Origin: Dehalococcoidia bacterium
Lineage (GTDB): Bacteria > Chloroflexota > Dehalococcoidia > Plut-88900
DNA: 64,000 nucleotides
Assembly: GCA_965197645.1 (NCBI GenBank)
Contig: OZ240219.1
Span: 1,728,001 to 1,792,000, forward strand
Reading direction: 5' to 3'
Shown: in pieces, positions 36,687 through 46,623 of the stretch
Layout: every line of letters starts with the position of its first letter
Numbering within the stretch: position 1 is the stretch's first letter
The notes under the pieces: model-generated
Databases searched by the model: none
What the model was told of the DNA's origin: nothing
The model's input: the letters and a program-made list of their open reading frames with translations, nothing else
Program-made: the position numbers and the translations under genes

Positions 36687-38828
36687 TTGATTGAGCTCCG
36701 GGACTACCAACTCTACCTGATGCAACGCGTGGGCGACGTGTTGGCCGACGCGGGCGCCAGAATAATGATGCAGTTGCCCACCGGCGGCGGTAAGACCCAC
36801 ATCGCGGGCGAGTTGCTGTCAGAATGGCTGAAAGACGGGCGAAAGGCTGTCTGGTTGACTCACCGTAAGGAGTTGGCCGTCCAAACGGAAGGTATGCTGC
36901 GACAGGCCAACGTCCCGGCCACGGCCAACATCCGGTGGACCCCCCGCACTGATGCGCCAATGATAGCCAACGGTGTCGTTATCTTGATGGCTCAAACCGT
37001 GAGCAGGCGCAACTCAAAGGCGGCGGTGTGGGGCGACTACAACAGCCGCGACCTGATGATTATCGACGAGGCCCACCACGCCACTGCGCGCGGGTGGGCC
37101 AGGGCCATGAAGCAATGGCCTGGCCCAGTCATAGGTATGACTGCTACGCCGTGGCGTCTCTCTGAAAGAGAGGGGTTCGACCACCTGTTTGACGAACTGT
37201 ACTGCGGGCCGCAGGTCTCGGACCTGCAATCAGGCGGATGGTTGTGCCCGGCATCGGTGGTGCTGCCTGCAGAGCAAGAGCAAGTTCAAGGCGGCCAGAT
37301 TGATTACACCGGAGACTACAGCGAGTCCGGCATCGAGCTGGCCAACGACAAACGGGATGTCTGGACCGCCGGGGCGCTGCGATTCTGGCAAAAGCACGGC
37401 GAGAGCCGTCCAACCCTTGTCTATGCCGTGTCGGTGAGACACGCTCGAAACCTGGCAGCCGTGTTCAATGAGGCCGGAACACCCGCTGGACTGCTCCTGG
37501 GGGATACCCCGGATGAGGAGCGGGTCAGGCTCTTGCGGGAATTCCAGGACGGAGCCGTCAAGGTGCTGGTCAATGTCGTCGTGGCCACCGAGGGATTCGA
37601 CCTTCCGGACGCCTCCTGCGTGGTGCTGACTCGCCCGACCATGAGCCTGTCTTTGTACCTGCAAATGGTTGGCCGCGGCTTGCGTCCCAAGCCGGACGGG
37701 GGCGATTGCATCGTACTGGACTTGGCCGGAAACAGTCTGCGACATGGGCTCCCCGAGGAAGACCGGGAATGGTCTTTGCTGCCGCGGGGAGCACCAACGG
37801 CGGGTGACGGAGAACCATGGGTGGTTCGATGCCCCGTGTGCGAGAGCGTGTCCCCTGCCGCAAGCCACGAATGCAGCCGGTGCGGTGCGGCCTTTGGGGA
37901 CTCCTGTAATCGTTGCGGTGCTTGGAGAGTGTGGGATAGATGGAGTCGCAAGACCGGTTGTGGTGAAGACCACGACCTAGTATGCGATCTCTGCCACTAC
38001 GACGCCCACGTCCATGCCCGTCTACCGGTAACTGAAGAGCTGAAGGAGCTATCGATGCTGAGAGATGGGGATGAACTCTCACCCACTAGGGACCCGTTTC
38101 TAAAGGACTTTCTGGAAGAAGAGCGCCGCCGGGTCACCTTCGCCGACGAGGGACGTAAAGAGGAGCTGCGATCGTTTATCGGCGTCCGGGAGTCTGAGCT
38201 GGCTGACGTCGAGGGAATGTGGGGTCGGTTCGAGCAGCATTTGCAGTCTCTCCCCCATGAGCAACGCCCTGAAAACGAGGCCATCAAGGCAAGAGCGTTT
38301 GTAGAATGGGAGAACAATCAAAAATCGGAGCTCGCCGGCTGGAAGGAAGAGCTTGCCGGCTTGGAGAACCGACCCATCGACGGGCAGTTAGTATTCAGTC
38401 AGGCTAGAGAGCGCTTGTTGCGGCTGCTGGAGGCCGAAGGGAGAGAGGCGGGACTGCTTCCACGGGCAACCCTTCGGGAAGAGTCCCCTCGTACAGTGAT
38501 TGAAGAGCCTTCCCCGTCTAGCGTAACCAAACGTAAGCGTACTCCCAAACGGGAGTACATCAGGCCGATACTGGAAAGCCTGGTCGAGCTTGGCGGCTCG
38601 GCCAAGAGATCCCAAGTAGAAGAAATGGTCTTTCAGAAGATGAAGAGCGAGCTAACCGAACAGGACTTAGGATACTCACCATCCGAGCGAAGGCCGCGCT
38701 GGCGAGTTAGAGCAGGGTTTTGCCGACAGAGCCTGGTGGATAAGCATAGGTTCCTCAGGTCCGACTCGCCCCATGGCGTCTGGGAGATCACCGAGCTGGG
38801 GCGTAACTACCTCAAGGATCAGCAATAG
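36687..38828 (+). CDS. SF2 DEAD/DEAH helicase with Cys-rich Zn clusters, a helical region and a C-terminal Mrr_N-like winged helix
   Basis: LPTGGGKT, IIDEAHH, MTATP, TEGFD.PD, QMVGRGLR; CPVC..CSRC, CNRC..CDLCH; C-term YIRPILESLVELGGS...W.....R..L......S.HGVWEITELG. Confidence 0.82.
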   Translation: MIELRDYQLYLMQRVGDVLADAGARIMMQLPTGGGKTHIAGELLSEWLKDGRKAVWLTHRKELAVQTEGMLRQANVPATANIRWTPRTDAPMIANGVVILMAQTVSRRNSKAAVWGDYNSRDLMIIDEAHHATARGWARAMKQWPGPVIGMTATPWRLSEREGFDHLFDELYCGPQVSDLQSGGWLCPASVVLPAEQEQVQGGQIDYTGDYSESGIELANDKRDVWTAGALRFWQKHGESRPTLVYAVSVRHARNLAAVFNEAGTPAGLLLGDTPDEERVRLLREFQDGAVKVLVNVVVATEGFDLPDASCVVLTRPTMSLSLYLQMVGRGLRPKPDGGDCIVLDLAGNSLRHGLPEEDREWSLLPRGAPTAGDGEPWVVRCPVCESVSPAASHECSRCGAAFGDSCNRCGAWRVWDRWSRKTGCGEDHDLVCDLCHYDAHVHARLPVTEELKELSMLRDGDELSPTRDPFLKDFLEEERRRVTFADEGRKEELRSFIGVRESELADVEGMWGRFEQHLQSLPHEQRPENEAIKARAFVEWENNQKSELAGWKEELAGLENRPIDGQLVFSQARERLLRLLEAEGREAGLLPRATLREESPRTVIEEPSPSSVTKRKRTPKREYIRPILESLVELGGSAKRSQVEEMVFQKMKSELTEQDLGYSPSERRPRWRVRAGFCRQSLVDKHRFLRSDSPHGVWEITELGRNYLKDQQ

Positions 38829-38901
38829 CCGATTTCGGTCTCAGCTACCAGAGTGAGGGGCGGAGAGCATCTCCTATTTGGAGGAGCCGGGCCGGGAGAA
38901 G

Positions 38902-40371
38902 CTAGATCAGGGTGCCGACCGCGTTCTCGACGACGTCCATGACGAAGTGGGGGACTACGCCCATGAACAGAATCCCCACTACTACGACCGCCAGCGCCGA
39001 AACGAGGGGCAAGTCCACCTTGATACCTTCCTCGGAAGAAGGCTGGCCCAGGTACATCGCCTTGATGACCCGGACGTAGAAGTAGGCCGAGATCACACTG
39101 TTCACCACCCCGATGACGGCCAGCCACACCAGGTCGCTATCTACGGCGGCCTTGAAGACGTTGACCTTGGCCCAGAACCCGGCGGTCGGAGGGATGCCCA
39201 TCAGGGAGACGAGAGAGATGGCCAGGGCGAAGGCGAGCACCGGGCTGCGGCGGGCAACACCGGCATAGTCGTTGATAAGCTCGCTGTTGATCTTGTTGGA
39301 GATGGCGATTACGGCAAAGAACGCACCGAGATTGGTCGCGGCGTAGGCCACAAGATAGAACAGGATGCTCTCGACGCCCGGGCCCAGCAGATGCCCCTCT
39401 CGACCGATGGACGCCAGGCCCACCATGATGAAGCCGGCATGGGCTATGGTGCTGTATCCCAGCATCCGCTTTATGTTGTTCTGAGCGATGGCCACCAGGT
39501 TTCCGATGAACATCGATACCGCGGCCAGGATGCCGAACAGCAGCGCCCACTCGTCGCTCATGGGACCGAAGGCCATGAAGAACACCCGGACTATCACGGC
39601 GAAGCCGGCGGCCTTGCTGGCGACGGACAGGTACGCGGCGATGGGCGTCGGCGAGCCTTCATAGACGTCGGGCACCCACATCTGGAACGGCACCGAGGAT
39701 ATCTTGAACCCGAATCCGGCAACGATGAAGATGACGCCGAGCAACAGCGCCGGCTGGTCTATGAGATCGCCTACCGAGGTGATCCGGTCGGCGATGTCCA
39801 GCAGATTGGTGCTGCCGGTGAGCCCGAACACCAGGGCCATGCCGTAGAGCATGACGGCGGAGCTGATGGCGCTGAGCACGAGGAACTTCATCGATGCCTC
39901 GGTGGAGCGGCTGTCCTTCATCAGGGATACCAGCGCCACTATGGACAGGGCGTTCAGCTCCAGGGCGATGTAGATGGAGATGAGCTCGGTGGCGCCGGCC
40001 ATGAGCATCATTCCGCCCGAGGCCAGCATTACCAGGGCGTAGTACTCCCCCTGGAACCTGGGGAACCGGGCCACCGTCTCCTTGGAGGCGATGATTACCA
40101 GGGCGGCGACTCCCAGTATGAGGAACTTGAAGAATAGGCTGAAGTAGTCGACTATCAGAAAGCCGTTGAAGCCGGTCAGGACGTGGGAGTCCATGCTGTC
40201 CAGCTTGAGCCACAGCACCAGCGATAGGGCTATCGGCACCGCCAGAAATACGAGACTCAGCGTGGACAGAAGCTGTTTCCGTTTCAGGAACAGCTCGACG
40301 ATGATCAGTATCAGAGCCAGACCACCGAGGGCCAGCTCCGGCATCAATAGGTATAGATCGTCTGGATACAT
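38902..40371 (-). CDS. nuoN: NADH-quinone oxidoreductase subunit N
   Basis: EASMKF, FKISSVPFQMWVPDVYEGSP, KRMLGYSTIAHAG, GIPPTAGFWAK. Confidence 0.95.
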   Translation of the reverse strand: MYPDDLYLLMPELALGGLALILIIVELFLKRKQLLSTLSLVFLAVPIALSLVLWLKLDSMDSHVLTGFNGFLIVDYFSLFFKFLILGVAALVIIASKETVARFPRFQGEYYALVMLASGGMMLMAGATELISIYIALELNALSIVALVSLMKDSRSTEASMKFLVLSAISSAVMLYGMALVFGLTGSTNLLDIADRITSVGDLIDQPALLLGVIFIVAGFGFKISSVPFQMWVPDVYEGSPTPIAAYLSVASKAAGFAVIVRVFFMAFGPMSDEWALLFGILAAVSMFIGNLVAIAQNNIKRMLGYSTIAHAGFIMVGLASIGREGHLLGPGVESILFYLVAYAATNLGAFFAVIAISNKINSELINDYAGVARRSPVLAFALAISLVSLMGIPPTAGFWAKVNVFKAAVDSDLVWLAVIGVVNSVISAYFYVRVIKAMYLGQPSSEEGIKVDLPLVSALAVVVVGILFMGVVPHFVMDVVENAVGTLI

Positions 40372-40376
40372 TTAAC

Positions 40377-41843
40377 TCAAGCGAACAGCTGACTAATGGG
40401 TTGCACGCCGGACCGTAGCATGTCCGTAATAAACGCCGGATAGATTCCTATCACCAGGGTTGCGGCGACCAGCAGTCCCGCTCCGGATGCGTCGACGATC
40501 GTGGCGTCGCCCACGCTGTCGAAGTGGGACTTGGACGGCCCGAACATCACCCTTTGAATCGTCCACAGTATGTAGGCGGCCGAGAACGCTATCCCCACGA
40601 CGCCAAGGACCGTGGCGGTCCGCCACTCCTCGAAGGTCCCCAGGAACACCGTGAGCTCGGCGACGAACCCGCTGGTCGCAGGAAGGCCGAGGGACGCCAG
40701 CCCTGCGATAAGTATGGCAATGGCAATAAGTGGCATCCGAGGCGCCAGCCCGCCCAGGTCCGGGATATGTCTAGTGTGCACTCTATCGTATACCAGCCCC
40801 ACCAGGAAGAAGAGGAGTCCCGTGATGGTGCCGTGGGTAAACATCTGCAGGGCCGCTCCGGTGAATCCCACCTCCCCGAAGGAGGAGACCCCCAGCAGGA
40901 AGAATCCCATGTGGCTCACACTGCTGAAAGCCACAAGTCGTTTCAAGTCGCTCTGGCGCAGGGTGACCACGGCGCCGTAGAGGATGTTGACCACGGCCGC
41001 GGAGACCAGCAGCCAATCCCAGTCCCGGGCGACGCCGGGAAAGAGGGTTAGCGAGATGCGAAGAATGCCGTACCCACCCATCTTCAGGAGCACCCCGGCC
41101 AGCATCACGCTGACCGCAGTGGGCGCGTCGGTATGCGCGTCGGGAAGCCAGGTATGGAAGGGCCAGATAGGCAGCTTGACAGCGAACGCGGCTATGATGA
41201 GGAAGAAGACGGCCTCGGCGGAGATGAACAGCTTGGGCGCCCAGTCCAGGCTGGTCCGGCCCAGTTCCACCATATCGAAGGTGCCAGCAGCGAAGCCCAC
41301 CGCCAGGATTCCCACCAGCATGAAGGCGCTGGCCCCTACGGTGTAGATGAGGAACTTCATCGCCGAGTACTCTTTTCGTCCGCTGCCCCAGATGGAGATG
41401 AGTAGGTACATCGGCACCAGTTCCACCTCCCAGAACAGGAAGAACTGGACCAGGTCCAGGGAGGTGAAAACTCCCATCACGCCGGTCTCCAGCACCAACA
41501 GCCAGATGAAGTACTCCCGAACCCTGAGCTTGACGTACCAGGAAGCCAGGATCGCGGCCAAGGACAGCAGGGCCGTGAGGACGACCATGGGCATGCTGAG
41601 GCCGTCTACGCCAAAGAAGTACTGGACGTCGATGAAGGGTATCCAATTGTAACGCTCGACGAACTGAGGATCGGTCAGGCTGGTATCGAACTGGGATGCG
41701 GCTACCAGGGAGAATACCAGGGCAGTCATGGCGACAGCGAAGGCGATGAGTCTCGTCAAACGCGGGTCACGGCCTACCAGCACGATGAGGATAGCTCCTG
41801 CCAGGGGCAGGAATACGATTAATGTTAGCGTTCCCTGGAACAT
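40377..41843 (-). CDS. nuoM: NADH-quinone oxidoreductase subunit M
   Basis: GVDGLS, FWEVELVPMY, KLPIWPFHTWLPDAH, LLKMGGYG, SSVSHMG. Confidence 0.95.
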   Translation of the reverse strand: MFQGTLTLIVFLPLAGAILIVLVGRDPRLTRLIAFAVAMTALVFSLVAASQFDTSLTDPQFVERYNWIPFIDVQYFFGVDGLSMPMVVLTALLSLAAILASWYVKLRVREYFIWLLVLETGVMGVFTSLDLVQFFLFWEVELVPMYLLISIWGSGRKEYSAMKFLIYTVGASAFMLVGILAVGFAAGTFDMVELGRTSLDWAPKLFISAEAVFFLIIAAFAVKLPIWPFHTWLPDAHTDAPTAVSVMLAGVLLKMGGYGILRISLTLFPGVARDWDWLLVSAAVVNILYGAVVTLRQSDLKRLVAFSSVSHMGFFLLGVSSFGEVGFTGAALQMFTHGTITGLLFFLVGLVYDRVHTRHIPDLGGLAPRMPLIAIAILIAGLASLGLPATSGFVAELTVFLGTFEEWRTATVLGVVGIAFSAAYILWTIQRVMFGPSKSHFDSVGDATIVDASGAGLLVAATLVIGIYPAFITDMLRSGVQPISQLFA

Positions 41844-41850
41844 CTATCCG

Positions 41851-43785
41851 TTAGCCCGTCGCGAAGAAGAAGGCCGCTACAATAACGATAAGCCCAATGG
41901 AGATCGCCACACCATAGGTCTGGACCTGTCCCGTCTGCAATCTGCCTATAGCCCGACCCAAGTTTCGCCCTATCAACCCAACGGTGTTGACCACCCGGTC
42001 GACGAGGTGCCGATCGAACTTGTCGCAGAAGTTGGCCACGAACGCGTAGATCCCCTTCTTTACTATCAGGTCTTCGTAAAGCTCGTCGAAATAGTACTTC
42101 TTGACAAGAATGGTGTGGACGGGCTTGAAGGTAGAGATGATGGTATCGGGGGTTACCACCTTGGCCACGTAGACGGCATAGGCCACTACGATGCCCGCTG
42201 CGGCGACAATTGACGAGGATGCGGCAATACCGACGGAGAACTTCTCGCCGTGATCGTCCAGAAAGTAGCCCATCCAGCTATCTGGCACACCGATGAAGGA
42301 GAAGCCCGGTAGGCTGGCGAGTCCCGCTGCGAAGGCGCCGGCGGCCAGCACTATCAGGGGGATCAACATAATTGTCGGGGACTCGTGGGGCGCTCCGCCG
42401 TGATGGGCATCGTCGTCATGCGCCTCAGCCGTCTCGCCTCGGTACTGACCGGTGAAGGTGAGGAAGACGAGCCTGAAGATGTAAACGGAGGTGAGGAAGG
42501 CAGCGATGATGGCGAGAATAAAGACACCCTTCTCTTCGTTCCAGGCGACGTGGAGTATCTCGTCTTTGCTCCAGAAGCCGGCCAGCGGCGGTATTCCGGC
42601 GATGGACAAGGCCCCGATCAAGAAGGTGGCGAAGGTCCAGGGCATCGGCCGCATGAGGCCGCCCAGGCGACGAATATCTACGTCGTACTTCTCGCCGACC
42701 CCGTGGATCACACTTCCGGCTCCGAGGAACAGGAGCGCCTTGAAGAAGGCGTGGGTGAACAGGTGGAACATGGCCGCCGGCAGGGAGCCGACTCCCAGAG
42801 CCAGCATCATGAATCCCAGCTGGCTGACCGTGGAATATGCCAGGACACGCTTGAAATCGGTCATCACCAGGCCCATGGTGGCCGCGAACAAGGCGGTGCC
42901 GGCTCCGATGTAGGCCACTGTCTGCATAGCGCTGGTGGACTCCTCGAACAGAGGGAAGAACCGAGCGACCAGGAATACGCCGGCGGCGACCATGGTGGCG
43001 GCATGGATCAGGGCGCTGACGGGTGTGGGGCCTTCCATGGCGTCGGGAAGCCACGTGTGGAGGGGGAACTGGCCCGACTTGCCCGCCGCGCCGGCGAATA
43101 TGCCCAGGGCTATCAGGGTCAGGGCCATGCCACTCAGGATGCCGGCTTCGGCCATGTGGTGAAGGGCCGCTATGTCGAAGCCTTTGGAGCCCACTGTGAA
43201 GTAGACCCCCAGTATCGCTATGAGGAAACCGAGGTCTCCGAATCGGGTAACGATGAACGCTTTCTTCGCTGCTGCTGCGGCCGAGGGTCGCTGGAACCAG
43301 AACCCGATGAGCAGGTAGGAAGAGAGACCGACCAACTCCCAGAAAACGTAGACCATTATCAGGTTGTCCGCCAATACAATACCCAGCATGGAGAAGGTGA
43401 ACAAAGACATGTAGGCGAAGAACCGGGAGACGGACTCGTCGTCCTTCATGTAGCCGATGGAGTAGACCTGGACCATAAGGCTGACGCCCGTCACCACGAA
43501 GAGCATCACCGCCGTCAAGGAGTCCATCATGATGCCGAGCCTGATGTCCAGGGGCCCGACCTCCATCCACGTGTGGCTGGCGTACTCGATGACGTGGCCC
43601 GGCTCGCCGATGACCGAGCCCAGCGCCCAGATGGACAATGCCAACGACCCGCCGATTCCCGCAACGGCTGCAACGCCGCTGAGCAGCGAAGTAGAGCCGA
43701 TGAGGGGCCTGATGACAAGGAATATCAGTGTAAAGGAGACGAGGGGAAGGAAGAGTATGAGCCAGGCCGCTGATTCGGGGAGCAT
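41851..43785 (-). CDS. nuoL: NADH-quinone oxidoreductase subunit L
   Basis: YSIGYM, WELVGLSSYLLIGFW, KSGQFPLHTWLPDAMEGPTPVSALIHAATMV, THAFFKALLF. Confidence 0.95.
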   Translation of the reverse strand: MLPESAAWLILFLPLVSFTLIFLVIRPLIGSTSLLSGVAAVAGIGGSLALSIWALGSVIGEPGHVIEYASHTWMEVGPLDIRLGIMMDSLTAVMLFVVTGVSLMVQVYSIGYMKDDESVSRFFAYMSLFTFSMLGIVLADNLIMVYVFWELVGLSSYLLIGFWFQRPSAAAAAKKAFIVTRFGDLGFLIAILGVYFTVGSKGFDIAALHHMAEAGILSGMALTLIALGIFAGAAGKSGQFPLHTWLPDAMEGPTPVSALIHAATMVAAGVFLVARFFPLFEESTSAMQTVAYIGAGTALFAATMGLVMTDFKRVLAYSTVSQLGFMMLALGVGSLPAAMFHLFTHAFFKALLFLGAGSVIHGVGEKYDVDIRRLGGLMRPMPWTFATFLIGALSIAGIPPLAGFWSKDEILHVAWNEEKGVFILAIIAAFLTSVYIFRLVFLTFTGQYRGETAEAHDDDAHHGGAPHESPTIMLIPLIVLAAGAFAAGLASLPGFSFIGVPDSWMGYFLDDHGEKFSVGIAASSSIVAAAGIVVAYAVYVAKVVTPDTIISTFKPVHTILVKKYYFDELYEDLIVKKGIYAFVANFCDKFDRHLVDRVVNTVGLIGRNLGRAIGRLQTGQVQTYGVAISIGLIVIVAAFFFATG

Positions 43786-43983
43786 CTATATCTTCCTGAG
43801 TATCTCGTCGGCGACGTGTTCGCGGCCTTTGGGAACGTAAACGATGAAGGGGACGGTCTCGGACCAGGACAGGATGTCGCCTTCGGGGAGGATTCTGGTG
43901 GGAAGGCCTTCGCCCTCCATCAGCTCCTTCCACATCTCGGCGAGCATCAGGTTGGGGACTCTTTTGTACTCTATCCAGCTCAA
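43786..43983 (-). CDS. Small DUF2007-like (putative signal-transducing) protein inside the nuo operon
   Basis: About 65 aa from TTG 43983: W.......NLMLAEMWKELMEGEGLPT......YVP.....ADEIL; stop abuts the nuoL ATG. Confidence 0.65.
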   Translation of the reverse strand: MSWIEYKRVPNLMLAEMWKELMEGEGLPTRILPEGDILSWSETVPFIVYVPKGREHVADEILRKI

Positions 43984-44006
43984 GGTAGTTGTGTTGACTT
44001 GCGGGC

Positions 44007-44315
44007 CTAGCCTCGTAGGGTGTCGACGTCTCCCGCGTTCACGCTTTCTCTCGTCCGGTACACGGCTATAACCACGGCCAAGCCCAGGGCTACCTCGGCT
44101 GCCGCCACTGTAATGATGAACAATGCAAAGACCTGGCCGGTCAGCAACGTCGGAGTTGCGTACCTGGAGAAGGCAACGAAGGCGACGTTCACGGAGTTGA
44201 ACATGATCTCGATGCACATGAGGATGGCCACTATGTTGCTCTTGACCAGCGCGCCCCACAGGCCTATGCCAAACAGGATGGCGGACAGCGTCAGGAAATG
44301 TTCCAGTCCGATCAT
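44007..44315 (-). CDS. nuoK: NADH-quinone oxidoreductase subunit K
   Basis: LMCIEIMFN, GQVFALF, AAAEVALGLA. Confidence 0.95.
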   Translation of the reverse strand: MIGLEHFLTLSAILFGIGLWGALVKSNIVAILMCIEIMFNSVNVAFVAFSRYATPTLLTGQVFALFIITVAAAEVALGLAVVIAVYRTRESVNAGDVDTLRG

Positions 44316-44341
44316 TCAGCTGTTATCTCAGTTTCGATTTG

Positions 44342-44830
44342 CTACTTTTCTCGAGCTATGACTATTGCGCCCAGCATGGCGGCCAGCAGCAGCACCGAAG
44401 CGAGCTCGAAGGGCAGCACGAACTTGTTGAACAGTGCGTCTGCCAGTACCTCGGTGGTGGCGTCGGGCGGACTCTCGGCCGACTCGGGCCAGTTAGTCGT
44501 GAATATGGCGACGATGATCGCCGAGCATATCACGCCGACCAGAAACAACCCCGGCGCCATGAGCCGGTTGGAGGGGTTGCCCCGCTGGGTGTCCCGGGTG
44601 AGCATGATGGCGAATATGAGCAGAATGGATATGGCCCCGGCATAGATGAGGACCTGGGCAACGGCGAGGAAATCGGCCCGCAGAATGACATACAGCCCGG
44701 CTACCGCCAGGAAGGAGAGGACCAGGAACAGGGAGGCCCTGAAGATGTCCTTGAGAAGCACGACCGCCGCCGACGATACCACGGCCAGTATGGCCAGTAC
44801 CCAGAAGGCGATACCGATTCCTACTTCCAT
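44342..44830 (-). CDS. nuoJ: NADH-quinone oxidoreductase subunit J
   Basis: QVLIYAGAI, PFELASVLLLAAM.GAI. Confidence 0.93.
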   Translation of the reverse strand: MEVGIGIAFWVLAILAVVSSAAVVLLKDIFRASLFLVLSFLAVAGLYVILRADFLAVAQVLIYAGAISILLIFAIMLTRDTQRGNPSNRLMAPGLFLVGVICSAIIVAIFTTNWPESAESPPDATTEVLADALFNKFVLPFELASVLLLAAMLGAIVIAREK

Positions 44831-44833
44831 CTC

Positions 44834-45415
44834 TTAGGTCTGGTCTCCCTCAGGCGCCGGTTGTCCCGGCTTCTTCGCCGATTGGGGCACAGGCTCCCCT
44901 TCCTCTGCCCAGCGGCCCTCCCACGGTCTGCCAGCCACGTCCGAAGGCATGGAGTAGTCCGCTACGTACTGGATGCCGTCCAGGTTGGGGCGGAAGAAGG
45001 CGCTGGGCTGGTTGGTCTTGCCCCTCAACTCCTCGACGTCGATGACCATGTTGGTGCGCTCGTAGGTAGCGCGCTCGAAGCCGCTGCCCATGTACAGAGC
45101 ATCGTAGGGGCAGGCCTCCACGCAGAGGCCGCAGAACATGCAGCGCCCGCCGTCGATATCGAACACGTCAATAGCGTAGTCGAGCCCCTGCTTGGGGTCG
45201 CCCTCGGGATGAGTAACTATGCGGATCGTGCCCAAGGGGCAGTATTTGGCACAGGAGGCGCAGCCGGTGCACCGGTCTTCGTACCAGATAAACTCGTAGC
45301 CGCGGAAGCGGGGGCCCCTTCGGACGTACTCGTCGGGGTACTGGACGGTGAACGGCTTCCGAAATAGATGCTTCAGGGTGACCATCAGGCCTTTTGCGAT
45401 TCCCAGTCCGTACAT
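44834..45415 (-). CDS. nuoI: NADH-quinone oxidoreductase subunit I
   Basis: TVQYP, RFRG, CTGCASCAKYCP, CMFCGLCVEACP. Confidence 0.93.
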   Translation of the reverse strand: MYGLGIAKGLMVTLKHLFRKPFTVQYPDEYVRRGPRFRGYEFIWYEDRCTGCASCAKYCPLGTIRIVTHPEGDPKQGLDYAIDVFDIDGGRCMFCGLCVEACPYDALYMGSGFERATYERTNMVIDVEELRGKTNQPSAFFRPNLDGIQYVADYSMPSDVAGRPWEGRWAEEGEPVPQSAKKPGQPAPEGDQT

Positions 45416-46623
45416 TACTCGCTTCCTCCCCTGACCGGCGTTACAAATGTCCCGAATCTATCGAATCTACGAGGCACCACGTCTCTCTTCTGGCCCGGGA
45501 ACCTCAGGAAGGTGCTCATGGCTACAATCAGGATGGCGGCGATAGCGATGTTGACCGGGATCAGCCATGGCGGCAGTCCATCGTCCCAGACCACCACTTC
45601 TACAGCGGCAATGGCGGCGTTGACCAGAGAGAGGGGGAACATGAACTTCCAGGCCAGGGCCATCACCTGATCGATGCGCAGCCTGGGCAACGTGGCGCGG
45701 GTCCACACGAATAAACCGAACAGGAAGAGTATCTTGATCAGCAGCCAGATGTAGCCGGGGAAGCCGGGGCCTTCCCATCCGCTGAGGAAAAGGGTGGCTA
45801 TGACGGCGGCGTAGCCGACAAGGGCTATGCCCTCGGCTGTAAGGAACATGACAAACTTCATGCCGCTGTACTCGGTGTGGAACCCGGCGATGATCTCGGA
45901 TTCCGCTTCAAGGAGGTCGAAGGGAGTGCGGTTCAGCTCGGCGGAGACGGCGATGAAGAGGATGATGAACCCCAGGGGCTGATAGAGGATCATGGGCCAG
46001 CTGGACTGAGCCAGCACGATATCGTTGAGGCTCATGGAGCCGACCACCAGGACCACGCCCATTATGGACAGGACCAGGGGTATCTCGTAGCTGACCAGCA
46101 CCGCGACGGCCCTCATCGCTCCGAAAAGGGCGTACTTGTTGTTGGAGGCCCAGCCCGCCATGAACACAGCTATCGTGTCCAGGGCTGTGATGGCGACGAT
46201 GAACAGGATCCCTACGTTCAGATCGGTGAGGAAGGTTTTGCCGCCGAAGGGGATAACGGTAAACATCAAAAGCACCGGCACCATCATCGCTACCGGCGCG
46301 ATGTTGAAGACTATCTTATCGGCACCGGCGGGTACCAGGTCCTCCTTGGTCAATATCTTGATACCGTCCGCTGCAGGCTGAAGGATGCCAAAGGGGCCTA
46401 CCCTGTTGGGGCCGAGCCGGTTCTGCAACCGGCCCAACAGCCGCCTCTCCATCCAGATCATCAGGGGGACTAGGATCATGGGCACGTTGACCACTATCAA
46501 CACGCTGAGGAAGCCGATTACCAGGTAGATGACCCAACCCTCGACGGAGTCGGGAAGTGCCCACTCCAACCAACCGGTGATGGTCTCTCCCAGCTTGGCC
46601 CACAGCTCGTAGAACCAGTCCAT
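45415..46623 (-). CDS. nuoH: NADH-quinone oxidoreductase subunit H
   Basis: ERR..GRLQNRLGPNRVGP.G.LQP.ADG.K, SYEIP, RTPFDL.EAESE, PRLRIDQ. Confidence 0.95.
   Translation of the reverse strand: MDWFYELWAKLGETITGWLEWALPDSVEGWVIYLVIGFLSVLIVVNVPMILVPLMIWMERRLLGRLQNRLGPNRVGPFGILQPAADGIKILTKEDLVPAGADKIVFNIAPVAMMVPVLLMFTVIPFGGKTFLTDLNVGILFIVAITALDTIAVFMAGWASNNKYALFGAMRAVAVLVSYEIPLVLSIMGVVLVVGSMSLNDIVLAQSSWPMILYQPLGFIILFIAVSAELNRTPFDLLEAESEIIAGFHTEYSGMKFVMFLTAEGIALVGYAAVIATLFLSGWEGPGFPGYIWLLIKILFLFGLFVWTRATLPRLRIDQVMALAWKFMFPLSLVNAAIAAVEVVVWDDGLPPWLIPVNIAIAAILIVAMSTFLRFPGQKRDVVPRRFDRFGTFVTPVRGGSE

Noticed and set aside
38878-43933. Long alternative ORFs (38878-40137 +, 42385-43773 +, 42425-43933 -)
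   Set aside because: Shadows of nuoN and nuoL with biased His/Gly/Arg composition.
43984-44259. N-terminal 90 aa of the 157-aa ORF 43786-44259
   Set aside because: Overlaps nuoK in another frame; only the last ~65 codons look like a real protein.
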